Position numbers and translations under genes: made by a program | Notes under the pieces: model-generated | The model's input: only the letters and a program-made list of their open reading frames with translations | Databases searched by the model: none | What the model was told of the DNA's origin: nothing | Part shown: positions 54,801 through 63,912 of the stretch, in pieces | Numbering within the stretch: the first letter of the stretch is position 1 | Layout of the letters: every line of letters begins with the position of its first letter | Assembly: GCA_963823035.1 (NCBI GenBank) | Contig: CAWGKG010000007.1 | Coordinates: forward strand, 128,001 to 192,000 | Length of the DNA: 64,000 nucleotides | Reading direction: 5' to 3' | Origin: an uncultured Gemmatimonadales bacterium | GTDB lineage: Bacteria; Gemmatimonadota; Gemmatimonadetes; Longimicrobiales; Gaopeijiaceae

Positions 54801-54925
54801 CGTCCCTCAGGTGTCCCGTCCATCCATGTCCGAGCCCCGGCAGCGTGCTTATGGTGTTCCCACCCACCCGGCCATCGGGTGGGATGCCCGGAGCAAGGAA
54901 AGCACGAACCCGCGGGAGGCCGCCC

Positions 54926-56241
54926 ATGGATGGAGCCTCGCCAGGAGCCCCGCGGGGGATCCCGGGGGAAGCACCGTCGCGAGCGGCAGCCGCCAGGCAC
55001 TCTGCCTCTGGCTCCCCACCTTCGAGCTGCGCCTCGAGCTGGTACGCTCGCCCGAGCTGGACAGCGCGTCCGTGGCGCTCCTCGCTTCGGGGGAGAGCGT
55101 CCGCCGCACCGTCTGGCAGGTCTCGGAGCGGGCGCACGACGCCGGGGTGCGGCCGGGGCAGCTCGTCTCCCAGGCGGTGTCGCTCTGTCCTTCCCTCACC
55201 CTCCTGGAGCCCGACCCCGCGCACTACGACGCTGCCACCGAGGCGATGCTCGAGGTGCTGGCCGAGCTCACCCCCGTGGTGGAGCCCGCGGGACGCGGAC
55301 GCGTCTTCCTGGGGATGGACGGGCTGGGCCGGCTCTACGGCTCTCCCCATCGTCAGGCGGAGCGGGCGCTGCGTTCCCTCTTCCGCATCTTCCCCTCCCC
55401 GCTCGTGGCGGCCACCCGCGCCGGGATGGCGCCCGGGAAGTTCGGCGCGTGGGTGGCGGCGGCCTCCGCGCGGCCGGGGGAGCCGACGATCGTCTCCGAG
55501 GAGGATCTCTCCCGTTTCCTGGCCTCGTGCCCGGTGGCCGCGCTCCCCGTGGACCCGCTGGCCGTCCAGCGACTCGAGCGGCTGGGCATCGCCACGCTGG
55601 GTGCACTCCGCCGCTTTCCGGAGCCCTCGCTCATCGCCCAGTTCGGCGAGGAGGGACGGAGCGCCCTGGCCTGGGCCACCGGTCGGCGCATCGACCCGGT
55701 GCACCCCTTCCACCGCCCCCGCCCCATCCGGGTCTCCCTGGACTTCCCCACCCCCGTGGGGCTCGCCGAGACCCTCCACGGCGCCCTGGACCGACTGGTG
55801 GAGCGCGCGCTGTCCCGCCCCGCACGCCGGGGGCGCAGCGTGACGGCGGTACGGCTGGGCGCCTACCTCGAAGGAGGAGGCTCCTGGTTCGTGGAGACGG
55901 TCCTGCGCGAGCCCACGGCCGAGCGGCCGAAGATCGCCTTTCCCCTGCGGGGCAAGATGGCCATCTCCCCTCCTCCGCGGGCCGTGGAGACCCTCCTCGT
56001 GGAGCTCACCCGCTTCGGCGCCCCCTCCTCCCAGACCGATCTCTTCGATCGGAAGGAGGAGGGTGGGAGAGCGGCGGGCGGGCGGGATCTTGCGCGCGGC
56101 GAAGTCCCTTTCTCCCTTAAAGATGCGGTCAAAGAGTTGAAGTTACGTCTAGGACATTCCCCCCTCTACCGCGTGGTGGAGGTCGACCCCTGGTCGAGGA
56201 TCCCCGAGCGCCGCCATGCCCTGCTGAGCTTCGATCCATGA
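54926..56241 (+). CDS. ImuB-like catalytically inactive Y-family DNA polymerase
   Basis: ALCLWLPTF (no catalytic Asp), GVRPGQ..SQA...CP, TPVVE...GRVFL (no DE), LERLGIATLG HhH, QTDLF clamp motif, LKDAVKELKLRLG tail. Start uncertain: ATG 54926 follows a GGGAGG RBS but needs a frameshift; in-frame ATG at 54826. Confidence 0.82.
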
Positions 56242-56507
56242 GCGACGGTCCGAACCTCCGCCCGCTGGGGAGCCCCCGCCTCGTCGACGTGCGTACCGAC
56301 GAGGCGGGCGAGCCCACGCACGTCCGCCTCGCGGGGAGGCCGGCCCGCCGGGTGGAGGCCGTGCGCGAGCGCTGGCGCATCGACGACGAGTGGTGGCGCA
56401 CCCCCCTCTCGCGTGAATATCGGGCCGTGGTCCTCGACGACGGCCGCCCGCTCACGCTCTACCACGACCTCCTGGACGGCCGCTGGTACGTTCAGAAGGG
56501 TGAGTGA
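56238..56507 (+). CDS. Small ImuB C-terminal-like (DUF6504-like) protein
   Basis: ATGA-coupled to the upstream gene; VRERWRIDDEWW...SREY...LYHDL..GRWY resembles the ImuB C-terminal module. Confidence 0.72.
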   Translation: MSDGPNLRPLGSPRLVDVRTDEAGEPTHVRLAGRPARRVEAVRERWRIDDEWWRTPLSREYRAVVLDDGRPLTLYHDLLDGRWYVQKGE

Positions 56508-57219
56508 CCCCGTGCCCCGCTCCCCCGCCCCCGTGATCCTGCGCGTCGAGCCGATCCGCCCGCGCGGGCTCCGCGTCCGCCTGCACCTCGATCGAGGAGA
56601 GCCGCTGGAGGTGGCGCTGGAGGCGATCGAGCGCCTGGGGCTGGGGGTAGGCGACGACCTCCCCGCCAACCGACGCCATCACCTGCTGGACGCCGACGCC
56701 GACGTCCGCATCCGCGACGCCGCCCTCTCCCTCCTCTCCCACCGGGCCCGCACCCGCTCGGAGCTTCGCCGCAGGCTCGTCGGCAAGGGATTCCAACCGG
56801 CGCGCGTCGACCACGCCCTCGATCGTCTGGAGGCGCGAGGGCTCCTCGACGACGCAGCCGTCGCCGCGGCCTTCGTCCGTGACCGCATCCGCCACCGGCC
56901 CCGCGGACCCGTACGCCTGACCCAGGAGCTCAGGGCCAAGGGCGTGCAGCCGGAGATGGCCGAGCGCGTGGTGGAAGACGTCCTCGAGGACGAAGCGCTC
57001 AGCGAGGCCGATCTGGCCCGCCGCGTCGTGGAGGGGTGGCTCCGGCGCCAGGGTGCGGCCACGCTCCGGGGGCTCACCGCGTCGCGGGGCACGCCCGAGG
57101 CGGAGAAGGTCCGGCGCCGGCTGCACGGATACCTCGCGCGCCGGGGCTTCCGCGGCGAGGCTCTCGGCCGGGCCGTGGACACGGCCGTCGCCCTCGCCGG
57201 CGCGCCGCAAGATCGCTAG
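56500..57219 (+). CDS. recX: Regulatory protein RecX
   Basis: ALSLLSHRARTRSELRRRL...GLLDD..A..FV...RGP.RL.QELRAKGV...YLARRGF. Confidence 0.9.
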   Translation: MSDPVPRSPAPVILRVEPIRPRGLRVRLHLDRGEPLEVALEAIERLGLGVGDDLPANRRHHLLDADADVRIRDAALSLLSHRARTRSELRRRLVGKGFQPARVDHALDRLEARGLLDDAAVAAAFVRDRIRHRPRGPVRLTQELRAKGVQPEMAERVVEDVLEDEALSEADLARRVVEGWLRRQGAATLRGLTASRGTPEAEKVRRRLHGYLARRGFRGEALGRAVDTAVALAGAPQDR

Positions 57220-57242
57220 CTAGCGATCCGCCCCGGAGTCGG

Positions 57243-57905
57243 TCATCCGCCGCGGCGCATCACCGAGAGATCCCAGGAGAGCCCGACCATGAGCTCGTCG
57301 AAGCGCTCGTCGCCACAGAACGGCACGTTGGCGCTCGCCGTCGGATCCTCGGGATCGACGCATCCCCTGAGCCGCACCCAGTGCGACGCGTAGCTCCCGC
57401 GCAGACGCAAGGGCAGGCCCGCCAGCGGCGTGACGTCCAGGGAGAGAAGCCCCAGGTAGCCGATCTGACCACCGTTCGGGACGTGGAAGTCCGCACGCCG
57501 CCCGGACCGTCCGTCCGCCGTTCCCGAGAGGGCGTTGAAGCTCAGACCACCGCCGATCCCGAGCCGGACCGGCGCGCCCGGGAGCACGGCCCGCATGACG
57601 GACAACCTGAGACCGCCCAGCGCCGTGCTGGTGTGGACCTCCTCGGGGCCGCAGTCGATGCGCGGCGAATAGACGCGGCACACCACGCCCGTCTTGAGCG
57701 TCTCGTCCGCGTAGCGGACGAAGGCGAGGTGCAGCAGCCAGTCGCGCACACCCAGGGTGCCCGCGACGGAGAAACCCGTCGGCGCAGGCAGCTCGGCGTT
57801 GGCTGAGGCCGCGCGCACGAAGAGCAGCGAGACCTCCTGCGCGCCTAGGGGACAGCCGAGGAGGAGAAGGGCGGCCGCGGCCACCCGCAAAGACCGAAAT
57901 CGCAT
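57243..57905 (-). CDS. Exported protein, possibly a small outer-membrane beta-barrel
   Basis: Signal peptide, alternating hydrophobic strands, two Cys pairs, C-terminal MVGLSW. Confidence 0.55.
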   Translation of the reverse strand: MRFRSLRVAAAALLLLGCPLGAQEVSLLFVRAASANAELPAPTGFSVAGTLGVRDWLLHLAFVRYADETLKTGVVCRVYSPRIDCGPEEVHTSTALGGLRLSVMRAVLPGAPVRLGIGGGLSFNALSGTADGRSGRRADFHVPNGGQIGYLGLLSLDVTPLAGLPLRLRGSYASHWVRLRGCVDPEDPTASANVPFCGDERFDELMVGLSWDLSVMRRGG

Positions 57906-57995
57906 ACCGGCGATGGAAACTCAGGGACGTCGAAACCTCTCGCACTACTTCGAACTAGAGCAAGATGCGCGAGGTCGAACAAGGCCCTCCCAGGG

Positions 57996-58024
57996 TTGAC
58001 CGACCGGTCGGTCAGCATTAGCGT
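57996..58024 (+). promoter_or_regulatory. tetR promoter with a perfect 18-bp palindromic operator
   Basis: TTGACC - 17 nt - TAGCGT; palindrome TGACCGACCGGTCGGTCA at 57997-58014. Confidence 0.75.
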
Positions 58025-58029
58025 GCGCC

Positions 58030-58602
58030 ATGAACCACGAGCCGAGCACGCGAACGCGCATCCTCCACGCCGCGGTGGAGCTGATGGGCCGTGAGGGGCC
58101 CGATCGGTTCACCGCCTCCGCGCTGGCGCGCGAGGTGGGGATGAGCAAGGCGACGCTCTTTCACCACTTCGACACGCTCGACGAGATCCCGCTCGCCGCG
58201 CTCGAGGAGATCTTCTTCGAGTTCCTCGGCGAGGTCGTCGGTGAGGACGGAGCCCTCCCCGACCTCCTGGACCGCTTCGCCCGCGAGATGCGTGCGCTGG
58301 TGGACAACGAGGGCTTCCTGCGCGCGTACTTCGTCTTCTTCATCAAGGGGATGTTCGACGCGCGCTTCCGGGACCGCCTGGCTCACGGCGCGTTCGAGAT
58401 GCACCGACGCACGGTCGATGCGCTCGCGCCCCGTCTCGCGCCCGGCCAGGAACCGGAGGTCACGGCGCGGATGGTCGAGGTCATGCTCGACGGCCTCGCG
58501 CTGCATCACCTCGCGATGGGCGATCACGATGGGCTCGATCGCGTCTGGACACGATTCACCGAGCTGCTCCTCGCGGCTCAGCATCCTCAGGAGTCCTCGT
58601 GA
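58030..58602 (+). CDS. TetR/AcrR family transcriptional regulator
   Basis: RILHAAVEL...FTASALAREVGMSKATLFHHF HTH. Confidence 0.93.
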   Translation: MNHEPSTRTRILHAAVELMGREGPDRFTASALAREVGMSKATLFHHFDTLDEIPLAALEEIFFEFLGEVVGEDGALPDLLDRFAREMRALVDNEGFLRAYFVFFIKGMFDARFRDRLAHGAFEMHRRTVDALAPRLAPGQEPEVTARMVEVMLDGLALHHLAMGDHDGLDRVWTRFTELLLAAQHPQESS

Positions 58603-59393
58603 TGTTCCTTCCCTTCCCCGTCGTCGCCGGGCGGGCCCGCGTGCTCGCGACGACCCTCGCGGCGCTCCTCGTCGCCTCCGCGACCGCCGTGCCCGCGCGT
58701 GCCCAGACGGCCCAGGAGATCATCGACCGCGTGGACCGCCTCATGCGGGGCGCGTCCAGCCACGGCAACATGGAGATGCGCATCACCACCGAGCACTGGT
58801 CCCGCAGCCTCGAGATGGAGGTCTGGTCGCTGGGCACGCAGTACTCGCTGGTGCGCGTCACGGCGCCCGCGCGCGAGGCCGGGACGGCCACGCTCAAGGC
58901 CGGCCAGGAGGTGTGGAACTACCTCCCGCGCGTCGATCGGACCATCAAGGTTCCGCCCTCCCTCATGATGGGCTCGTGGATGGGCTCCCACTTCACGAAC
59001 GACGACCTCGTGAAGGAGAGCCGCATGGTCGACGACTACGACATCGAGATCGCCTTCGACGGCGCTCGGGACGGCACCGACGTCTGGGAGTTCGCCCTCA
59101 CGCCCAAGCCCGAGGCCCCCGTGGTGTGGGGGCACATCGAGGAGCAGGTGCGCAAGAGCGACCTGATGCCGACGTGGGTGCGGTACTACGACGAGGACGG
59201 CACGCTCGTGCGCCGCATGACCTTCTCGGACTACAAGCGCATGGGGGGACGCCTCGTGCCGGCGCACATGCTCATCGTCCCCGAAGACAAGCCGGACGAG
59301 AGCACCGCGCTCATCTACCACGACCTAGAATTCGACGTCGGGTTGAAGGCCGACTTCTTCAGCCTGCGCAACCTCCGGGCCCGGGGGCGCTGA
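58599..59393 (+). CDS. Outer-membrane lipoprotein-sorting (LolA-like) protein
   Basis: Signal peptide; AP.REAGTATL...WNYLP...MMGSWMGSHFTNDDL...FFSLRNL typical of the family. Confidence 0.85.
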   Translation: MMFLPFPVVAGRARVLATTLAALLVASATAVPARAQTAQEIIDRVDRLMRGASSHGNMEMRITTEHWSRSLEMEVWSLGTQYSLVRVTAPAREAGTATLKAGQEVWNYLPRVDRTIKVPPSLMMGSWMGSHFTNDDLVKESRMVDDYDIEIAFDGARDGTDVWEFALTPKPEAPVVWGHIEEQVRKSDLMPTWVRYYDEDGTLVRRMTFSDYKRMGGRLVPAHMLIVPEDKPDESTALIYHDLEFDVGLKADFFSLRNLRARGR

Positions 59394-59394
59394 C

Positions 59395-60660
59395 GTGGGC
59401 GCGGGCGATGCCGTCTGGTGGCACGTCGCGTGGCGGAACCTCTGGCGAAACCGCGGACGCACGCTCGTCACGGCGTCCGGCCTGGCCCTCGGCTACCTCT
59501 CCGCGGTCGTCATGGTCGGCCTCACGGACGGGATGAGCGCCGAGCTCGTCGAGAACGGCACGCGGCTCCTCAGCGGCCAGGTGCAGGTGCATGCGCCGGA
59601 CTACCTCCCGGAGCGCAGCCTGCACGCCACGATCGGCGGTGAGGACGGAACCGACGTCACCGCGCTCCTGTCGCGCATCGACGCCGACCCCGACGTCACC
59701 GCGTCGGCGCCGCGCCTCTACGGCGGTGGGCTGGTCTCGGCGGGAGACCGCACGGAGGCCGGCGTCCTTCTCGGGATCGATCCCGAACGCGAGCCGCGGG
59801 TCACCACGCTCCTCTCCTCCCTGGACGGGGGGCGCATGCCGCGCGCCGGCGCCAACGAGCTCGTCGTCGGCTCGGAGATGGCCCGCCAGCTCGAGCTCGA
59901 GGTCGGCGACGAGGTGGTGCTGGTCGCGCCTGCCGCGGACGGCTCGCTCGGCAACGACCTCTACACCCTCACGGGGATCTTCCACTCGGGCACCCCGGGG
60001 ATCGACGCGTCGTACGCCGTCCTACCGATCACGGACCTGCAGTTGCTCCTGGCGCTCGATCCGGGGCGCATCCACGAGGTGGCGCTGGACGTCGCCCGGC
60101 CCTGGGACACGGACGCCATCGCGGCGGGCCTCGGAGAACGCCTGGCCGTAGCCGGGCCACCCGTGGACGTGCGCTCGTGGCGCGAGCTTCGCCCCGAGCT
60201 CGCGCAGTCCGTCGACCTCATGGACTCAATGAACTTCCTGATCGTGATCATCATCTTCGGGATGGCCGTCTTCGGCGTGGCGAACACGCTCATCATCGGG
60301 ACGTTCGAACGGAAGAAGGAGTTCGCCGTGGTGCGCGCGCTGGGGACCACGGCCTACGGCGTGGGACGCACGGTCGTCTACGAGGGCATCCTGCTCGGCG
60401 TCCTGGCGCTCGTGACGGGGGCGCTCGTCACCGCCCCCGTGATGTGGTGGTGGCACGTCGCGCCGCCGGACCTGAGCGGCCTCGTGGGCTCCTTCTCGTG
60501 GAGCGGCTCCCAGTGGCGGCCGCTGCTGCGCGTCGAGTACTCCACCGAGACGCCGATCATCGCCGCCGTGGCCCTCTTCCTCACGTCGGTGTTCGCGGCC
60601 CTGTACCCTGCATGGAAGGCGACGCGGGTCCCCCCCGCCGACGCCCTGGCCGACCGATGA
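59395..60660 (+). CDS. ABC transporter permease (MacB/FtsX/LolE family)
   Basis: AWRNLWRNRGRT, ER.KEFAVVRALG, ALYPAWKA. Confidence 0.92.
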   Translation: MGAGDAVWWHVAWRNLWRNRGRTLVTASGLALGYLSAVVMVGLTDGMSAELVENGTRLLSGQVQVHAPDYLPERSLHATIGGEDGTDVTALLSRIDADPDVTASAPRLYGGGLVSAGDRTEAGVLLGIDPEREPRVTTLLSSLDGGRMPRAGANELVVGSEMARQLELEVGDEVVLVAPAADGSLGNDLYTLTGIFHSGTPGIDASYAVLPITDLQLLLALDPGRIHEVALDVARPWDTDAIAAGLGERLAVAGPPVDVRSWRELRPELAQSVDLMDSMNFLIVIIIFGMAVFGVANTLIIGTFERKKEFAVVRALGTTAYGVGRTVVYEGILLGVLALVTGALVTAPVMWWWHVAPPDLSGLVGSFSWSGSQWRPLLRVEYSTETPIIAAVALFLTSVFAALYPAWKATRVPPADALADR

Positions 60661-61916
60661 AGCTCTACGCGCTCGTCCTCCTCTCGCTGCGCAGCGTCGG
60701 GCGCAACGCGCGCCGGAGCATCCTGACCGCCACGGCCATGGCGCTCGGGCTGGCGCTCCTGATCTTCTCGCGCGCCATCGCCGAGGGTGGCCACGAGCAG
60801 TGGATCGACTCGGCCGTGCGCCTCGGCACCGGGCACGTCGCCATCCAGGCCCCCGACTACCTCGAGACGGGCCGCCTGGAGCACCGGCTGGATTCGGCGC
60901 GGGTGCAGAGCGTCGTCGCCGCGCTCGAGGACCCTGCGGTCGCCCCCCTCGTGAGCCTGTGGGTGCCGCGCCTGACGGTGAGTGGGCTCGCCACCTCGGC
61001 GTCGTCGGCGCTCCCCGTGCGCATCGAGGGGGTGGATCCCGCGCGGGAGCAGACCTTCTCCACCCTTCCCGACCAGCTCGTCGAGGGCCGCTACCTCGAG
61101 CCCGACGACCGTCTGCGCGCTTTCGTGGGCGAGGAGCTGGCACGCCGCCTCGACCTGAAGGTGGGCTCCCGCTTCGTGCTCACCGCGCAGGTGGCGTCCG
61201 GCCAGGTCGAGGGGCAGATGATGCGCGTGGCCGGGATCTTCCACACGGGGATCCAGGAGATGGACGAGGGGCTTGTCCACGTCCCGATCGCCACGATGCG
61301 CCGATGGCTGGGCGTCGCCGGGGCGGCCACCACCGTCGCCGTGCTCCTGAAGCGCACCCGCGCGACGGACGGCGTGGTGCGCCGCCTCGCTCGGGAGTTG
61401 GACGGCGCGAAGGGTATCCGGGTCCTCGGGTGGCGGCAGGCCTCCCCCGAGATGGACTCGGCGGTGCGCATCGACGACTACGGCGACTACGTCTTCCACG
61501 CCATCCTCTTCGCCATCATCGCGCTGGCCATCCTCAACGCGGTCATGATGTCCGTGCTCGGACGAAGGCGGGAGTTCGGGATCCTGCAGGCGCTCGGTCT
61601 CACCGGCGGTGAGACGGGGCTGGTGGTGATGGGCGAGGGCCTCTGCCTCACGGCCGCCTCCGGGCTGATCGGGATGGTGGCCGGCTTCGTCTTCACCTGG
61701 GTGTTCTTCCGCCACGGGCTCGACTTCAGCGCCTTCATGGAGAGCATGACGGCCTCGGGCGGCGTCATCAATCCGGTGATCGTTCCGGTGTTCCGCATGG
61801 ACCAGGTGTTCCTCTCGGTCGTCTCGATCCTGGTGATCGGGACCCTCGCGTCCCTCTATCCGGCCTTCCGGGCGACCCGTCTCGACGTCGCCGAGGCCAT
61901 GAAGTTCGAGCAATGA
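60657..61916 (+). CDS. ABC transporter permease (MacB/FtsX/LolE family)
   Basis: From MKLYALV; RNARRSILT, RRREFGILQALG, SLYPAFRA. Confidence 0.92.
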   Translation: MKLYALVLLSLRSVGRNARRSILTATAMALGLALLIFSRAIAEGGHEQWIDSAVRLGTGHVAIQAPDYLETGRLEHRLDSARVQSVVAALEDPAVAPLVSLWVPRLTVSGLATSASSALPVRIEGVDPAREQTFSTLPDQLVEGRYLEPDDRLRAFVGEELARRLDLKVGSRFVLTAQVASGQVEGQMMRVAGIFHTGIQEMDEGLVHVPIATMRRWLGVAGAATTVAVLLKRTRATDGVVRRLARELDGAKGIRVLGWRQASPEMDSAVRIDDYGDYVFHAILFAIIALAILNAVMMSVLGRRREFGILQALGLTGGETGLVVMGEGLCLTAASGLIGMVAGFVFTWVFFRHGLDFSAFMESMTASGGVINPVIVPVFRMDQVFLSVVSILVIGTLASLYPAFRATRLDVAEAMKFEQ

Positions 61917-62638
61917 GCGCAACGAACGGAGCCGCACCCGCCGTCCGGACGGAGGACGTCTGGAAGGTGTATCCGCAGGAGCCCACCCCGGTCGAGGCGG
62001 TGCGTGGCCTCTCGTTCGAGGTCGCGACCGGCGACTTCGTGGCGATGGCCGGTCCGTCCGGCTCCGGCAAGACGACGGTCCTCAACCTCCTGGGCGCCCT
62101 CACCCGCCCGACGCGGGGTCGCATCTGGATCGACGACCGGGAGCTCACGGCGATGGACCCGAAGCACCTGGCGCGCCTCCGCCTGGAGCGAATCGGCTTC
62201 GTCTTCCAGGCCTACAACCTCCTCCCGGTGCTGTCCGCGCTGGAGAACGCGGAGTTCACTCTGCTGCTTCGTGGCGTCCCCGCCGAGGAGCGCCGACGCC
62301 GCGTACGCGCGCTGTTCGCGGAGATCGGCCTCGAGGGGATGGAGGATCGACGCCCCTCCAAGCTCTCCGGGGGTCAGCAGCAGCGTGTCGCCGTCGCGCG
62401 CGCCGTGATCGGCGACCCTGCGCTCGTCCTGGCGGACGAGCCCACCGCCAACCTCGACTCGGTGACCTCGAACGCGCTTCTCGACGTGATGGAGCGCCTG
62501 AACCGCGACCACGGCACCACCTTCGTGTTCTCCACGCACGACCCGCGCGTGATGGAGCGCGCGCGCCGCCTGGTGCGCCTCGTCGACGGGCGCATCGAGT
62601 CCGACGAGCGGCACGGTCCGGCCCGCGAGACGCGATGA
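61913..62638 (+). CDS. ABC transporter ATP-binding protein (LolD-like)
   Basis: GPSGSGKT, LSGGQQQR, LADEPTANLD, STHD. Confidence 0.95.
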   Translation: MSATNGAAPAVRTEDVWKVYPQEPTPVEAVRGLSFEVATGDFVAMAGPSGSGKTTVLNLLGALTRPTRGRIWIDDRELTAMDPKHLARLRLERIGFVFQAYNLLPVLSALENAEFTLLLRGVPAEERRRRVRALFAEIGLEGMEDRRPSKLSGGQQQRVAVARAVIGDPALVLADEPTANLDSVTSNALLDVMERLNRDHGTTFVFSTHDPRVMERARRLVRLVDGRIESDERHGPARETR

Positions 62639-63849
62639 GGGGTCGGCCCTCCCCGGTCCGGGCGCGTGCCGTCGCGTCGCTGGCCGCTGCGGCGCTGGCC
62701 CTCGCTGCGGCGGCGGAGGGTGCCGCGGGTCAGCTCGCCGTGAAGGGGTACGCCCTCGGGGTCGGGACGCGCGCCGGCGCGAGCGACTTCGGTCCGGCCG
62801 GCACCACCCTTCTCGCCCGGACACGGCTCATGCCGACCTGGAGCTCCGGGCCGGTCACGGTCGACGTGGCCTACGAGCACATCCTGACCCGGACGCCGCC
62901 CGGTGGAGGCATCCGGGTGACCACCCCCGGTGGGACCGGCGCGGGCACCGAGGACTGGATGGGAACCGACTGGGAGATCCGCTCCACCTCCCGGAGCACG
63001 TGGCGCCACCGATTCGACCGCCTGAGCGTGGGCTTCGACGCCGGCCCCCTCTCCGTGGTCGTGGGCAGACAGGCGATCTCGTGGGCGACCACGCTCTTCC
63101 TCACCCCCGCGGACCCCTTCACCCCTTTCGATCCGTCCGACCCCTTCCGCGAGTACCGCGGCGGCGTGGACGCCGTGCGCGTCCGGGCCTTTCCCGGTCC
63201 CTTCACCGAGTTGGACGCGGTCGTCCGACCGACCAGGACCACCACCGGCACCACGCTCACGGCCGTCGGCCGTGCGCAGACGTCGCGCGGCGGGTGGGCG
63301 TTCGGGGGCTGGGGGGGCGTCGTGCACGACGAGGGTGCCGCAGCCCTCTTCGCCACCGGCGCCGCGGGGGCGACCGCCCTGCGTGGCTCCGTCTCGCTCC
63401 GGCACGCTCCCGCGGGTGGCACGACCGCGCGTGCCGCCGCCGGCGGCGATCGGCGCTTCTCTCTGTCCGGACGCGACCTCTACGCGATCGTCGAGGTCCA
63501 GTACGACGGGTTCGGCGCCGCACGCGCCTCCGAGCTCCTCGACGTCACCGCTTCCGCGCCCTACGCGCATGGGGAGATGCAGACGCTGGGACGATGGACG
63601 GCGGCGGCTCAAGCGAGCTGGCAGCTTCACCCTCTGGTGTCGACGGACCTGATGGCGCTGGTCGACCTCGTCGACGGGAGCGCGCTGATCGCGCCGGGCG
63701 TCTCCTGGTCCGTGTCGTCATCGGCCTCACTGCGCGCCGGTGCGTTCGTGGGCGCGGGGGCCGGCACCGTGGACCCGCTCACGGGGTTCGCCTCGGAGTA
63801 CGGTCCCGTGCCGTTCCTGGGCTACGCCGCCCTCTCCGTGTTCTTCTGA
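62635..63849 (+). CDS. Putative outer-membrane beta-barrel protein of the ABC operon
   Basis: Signal peptide; VGRQAISW...PADPF...GVDAVR; C-terminal YAALSVFF (BAM-type terminal Phe). Confidence 0.72.
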   Translation: MRGRPSPVRARAVASLAAAALALAAAAEGAAGQLAVKGYALGVGTRAGASDFGPAGTTLLARTRLMPTWSSGPVTVDVAYEHILTRTPPGGGIRVTTPGGTGAGTEDWMGTDWEIRSTSRSTWRHRFDRLSVGFDAGPLSVVVGRQAISWATTLFLTPADPFTPFDPSDPFREYRGGVDAVRVRAFPGPFTELDAVVRPTRTTTGTTLTAVGRAQTSRGGWAFGGWGGVVHDEGAAALFATGAAGATALRGSVSLRHAPAGGTTARAAAGGDRRFSLSGRDLYAIVEVQYDGFGAARASELLDVTASAPYAHGEMQTLGRWTAAAQASWQLHPLVSTDLMALVDLVDGSALIAPGVSWSVSSSASLRAGAFVGAGAGTVDPLTGFASEYGPVPFLGYAALSVFF

Positions 63850-63912
63850 ACCCTTCCCCACGCGGTCGGCGTACTAGAGGGCAACGCAGCAGGGCGAACG
63901 AGGAGTCGAGCC

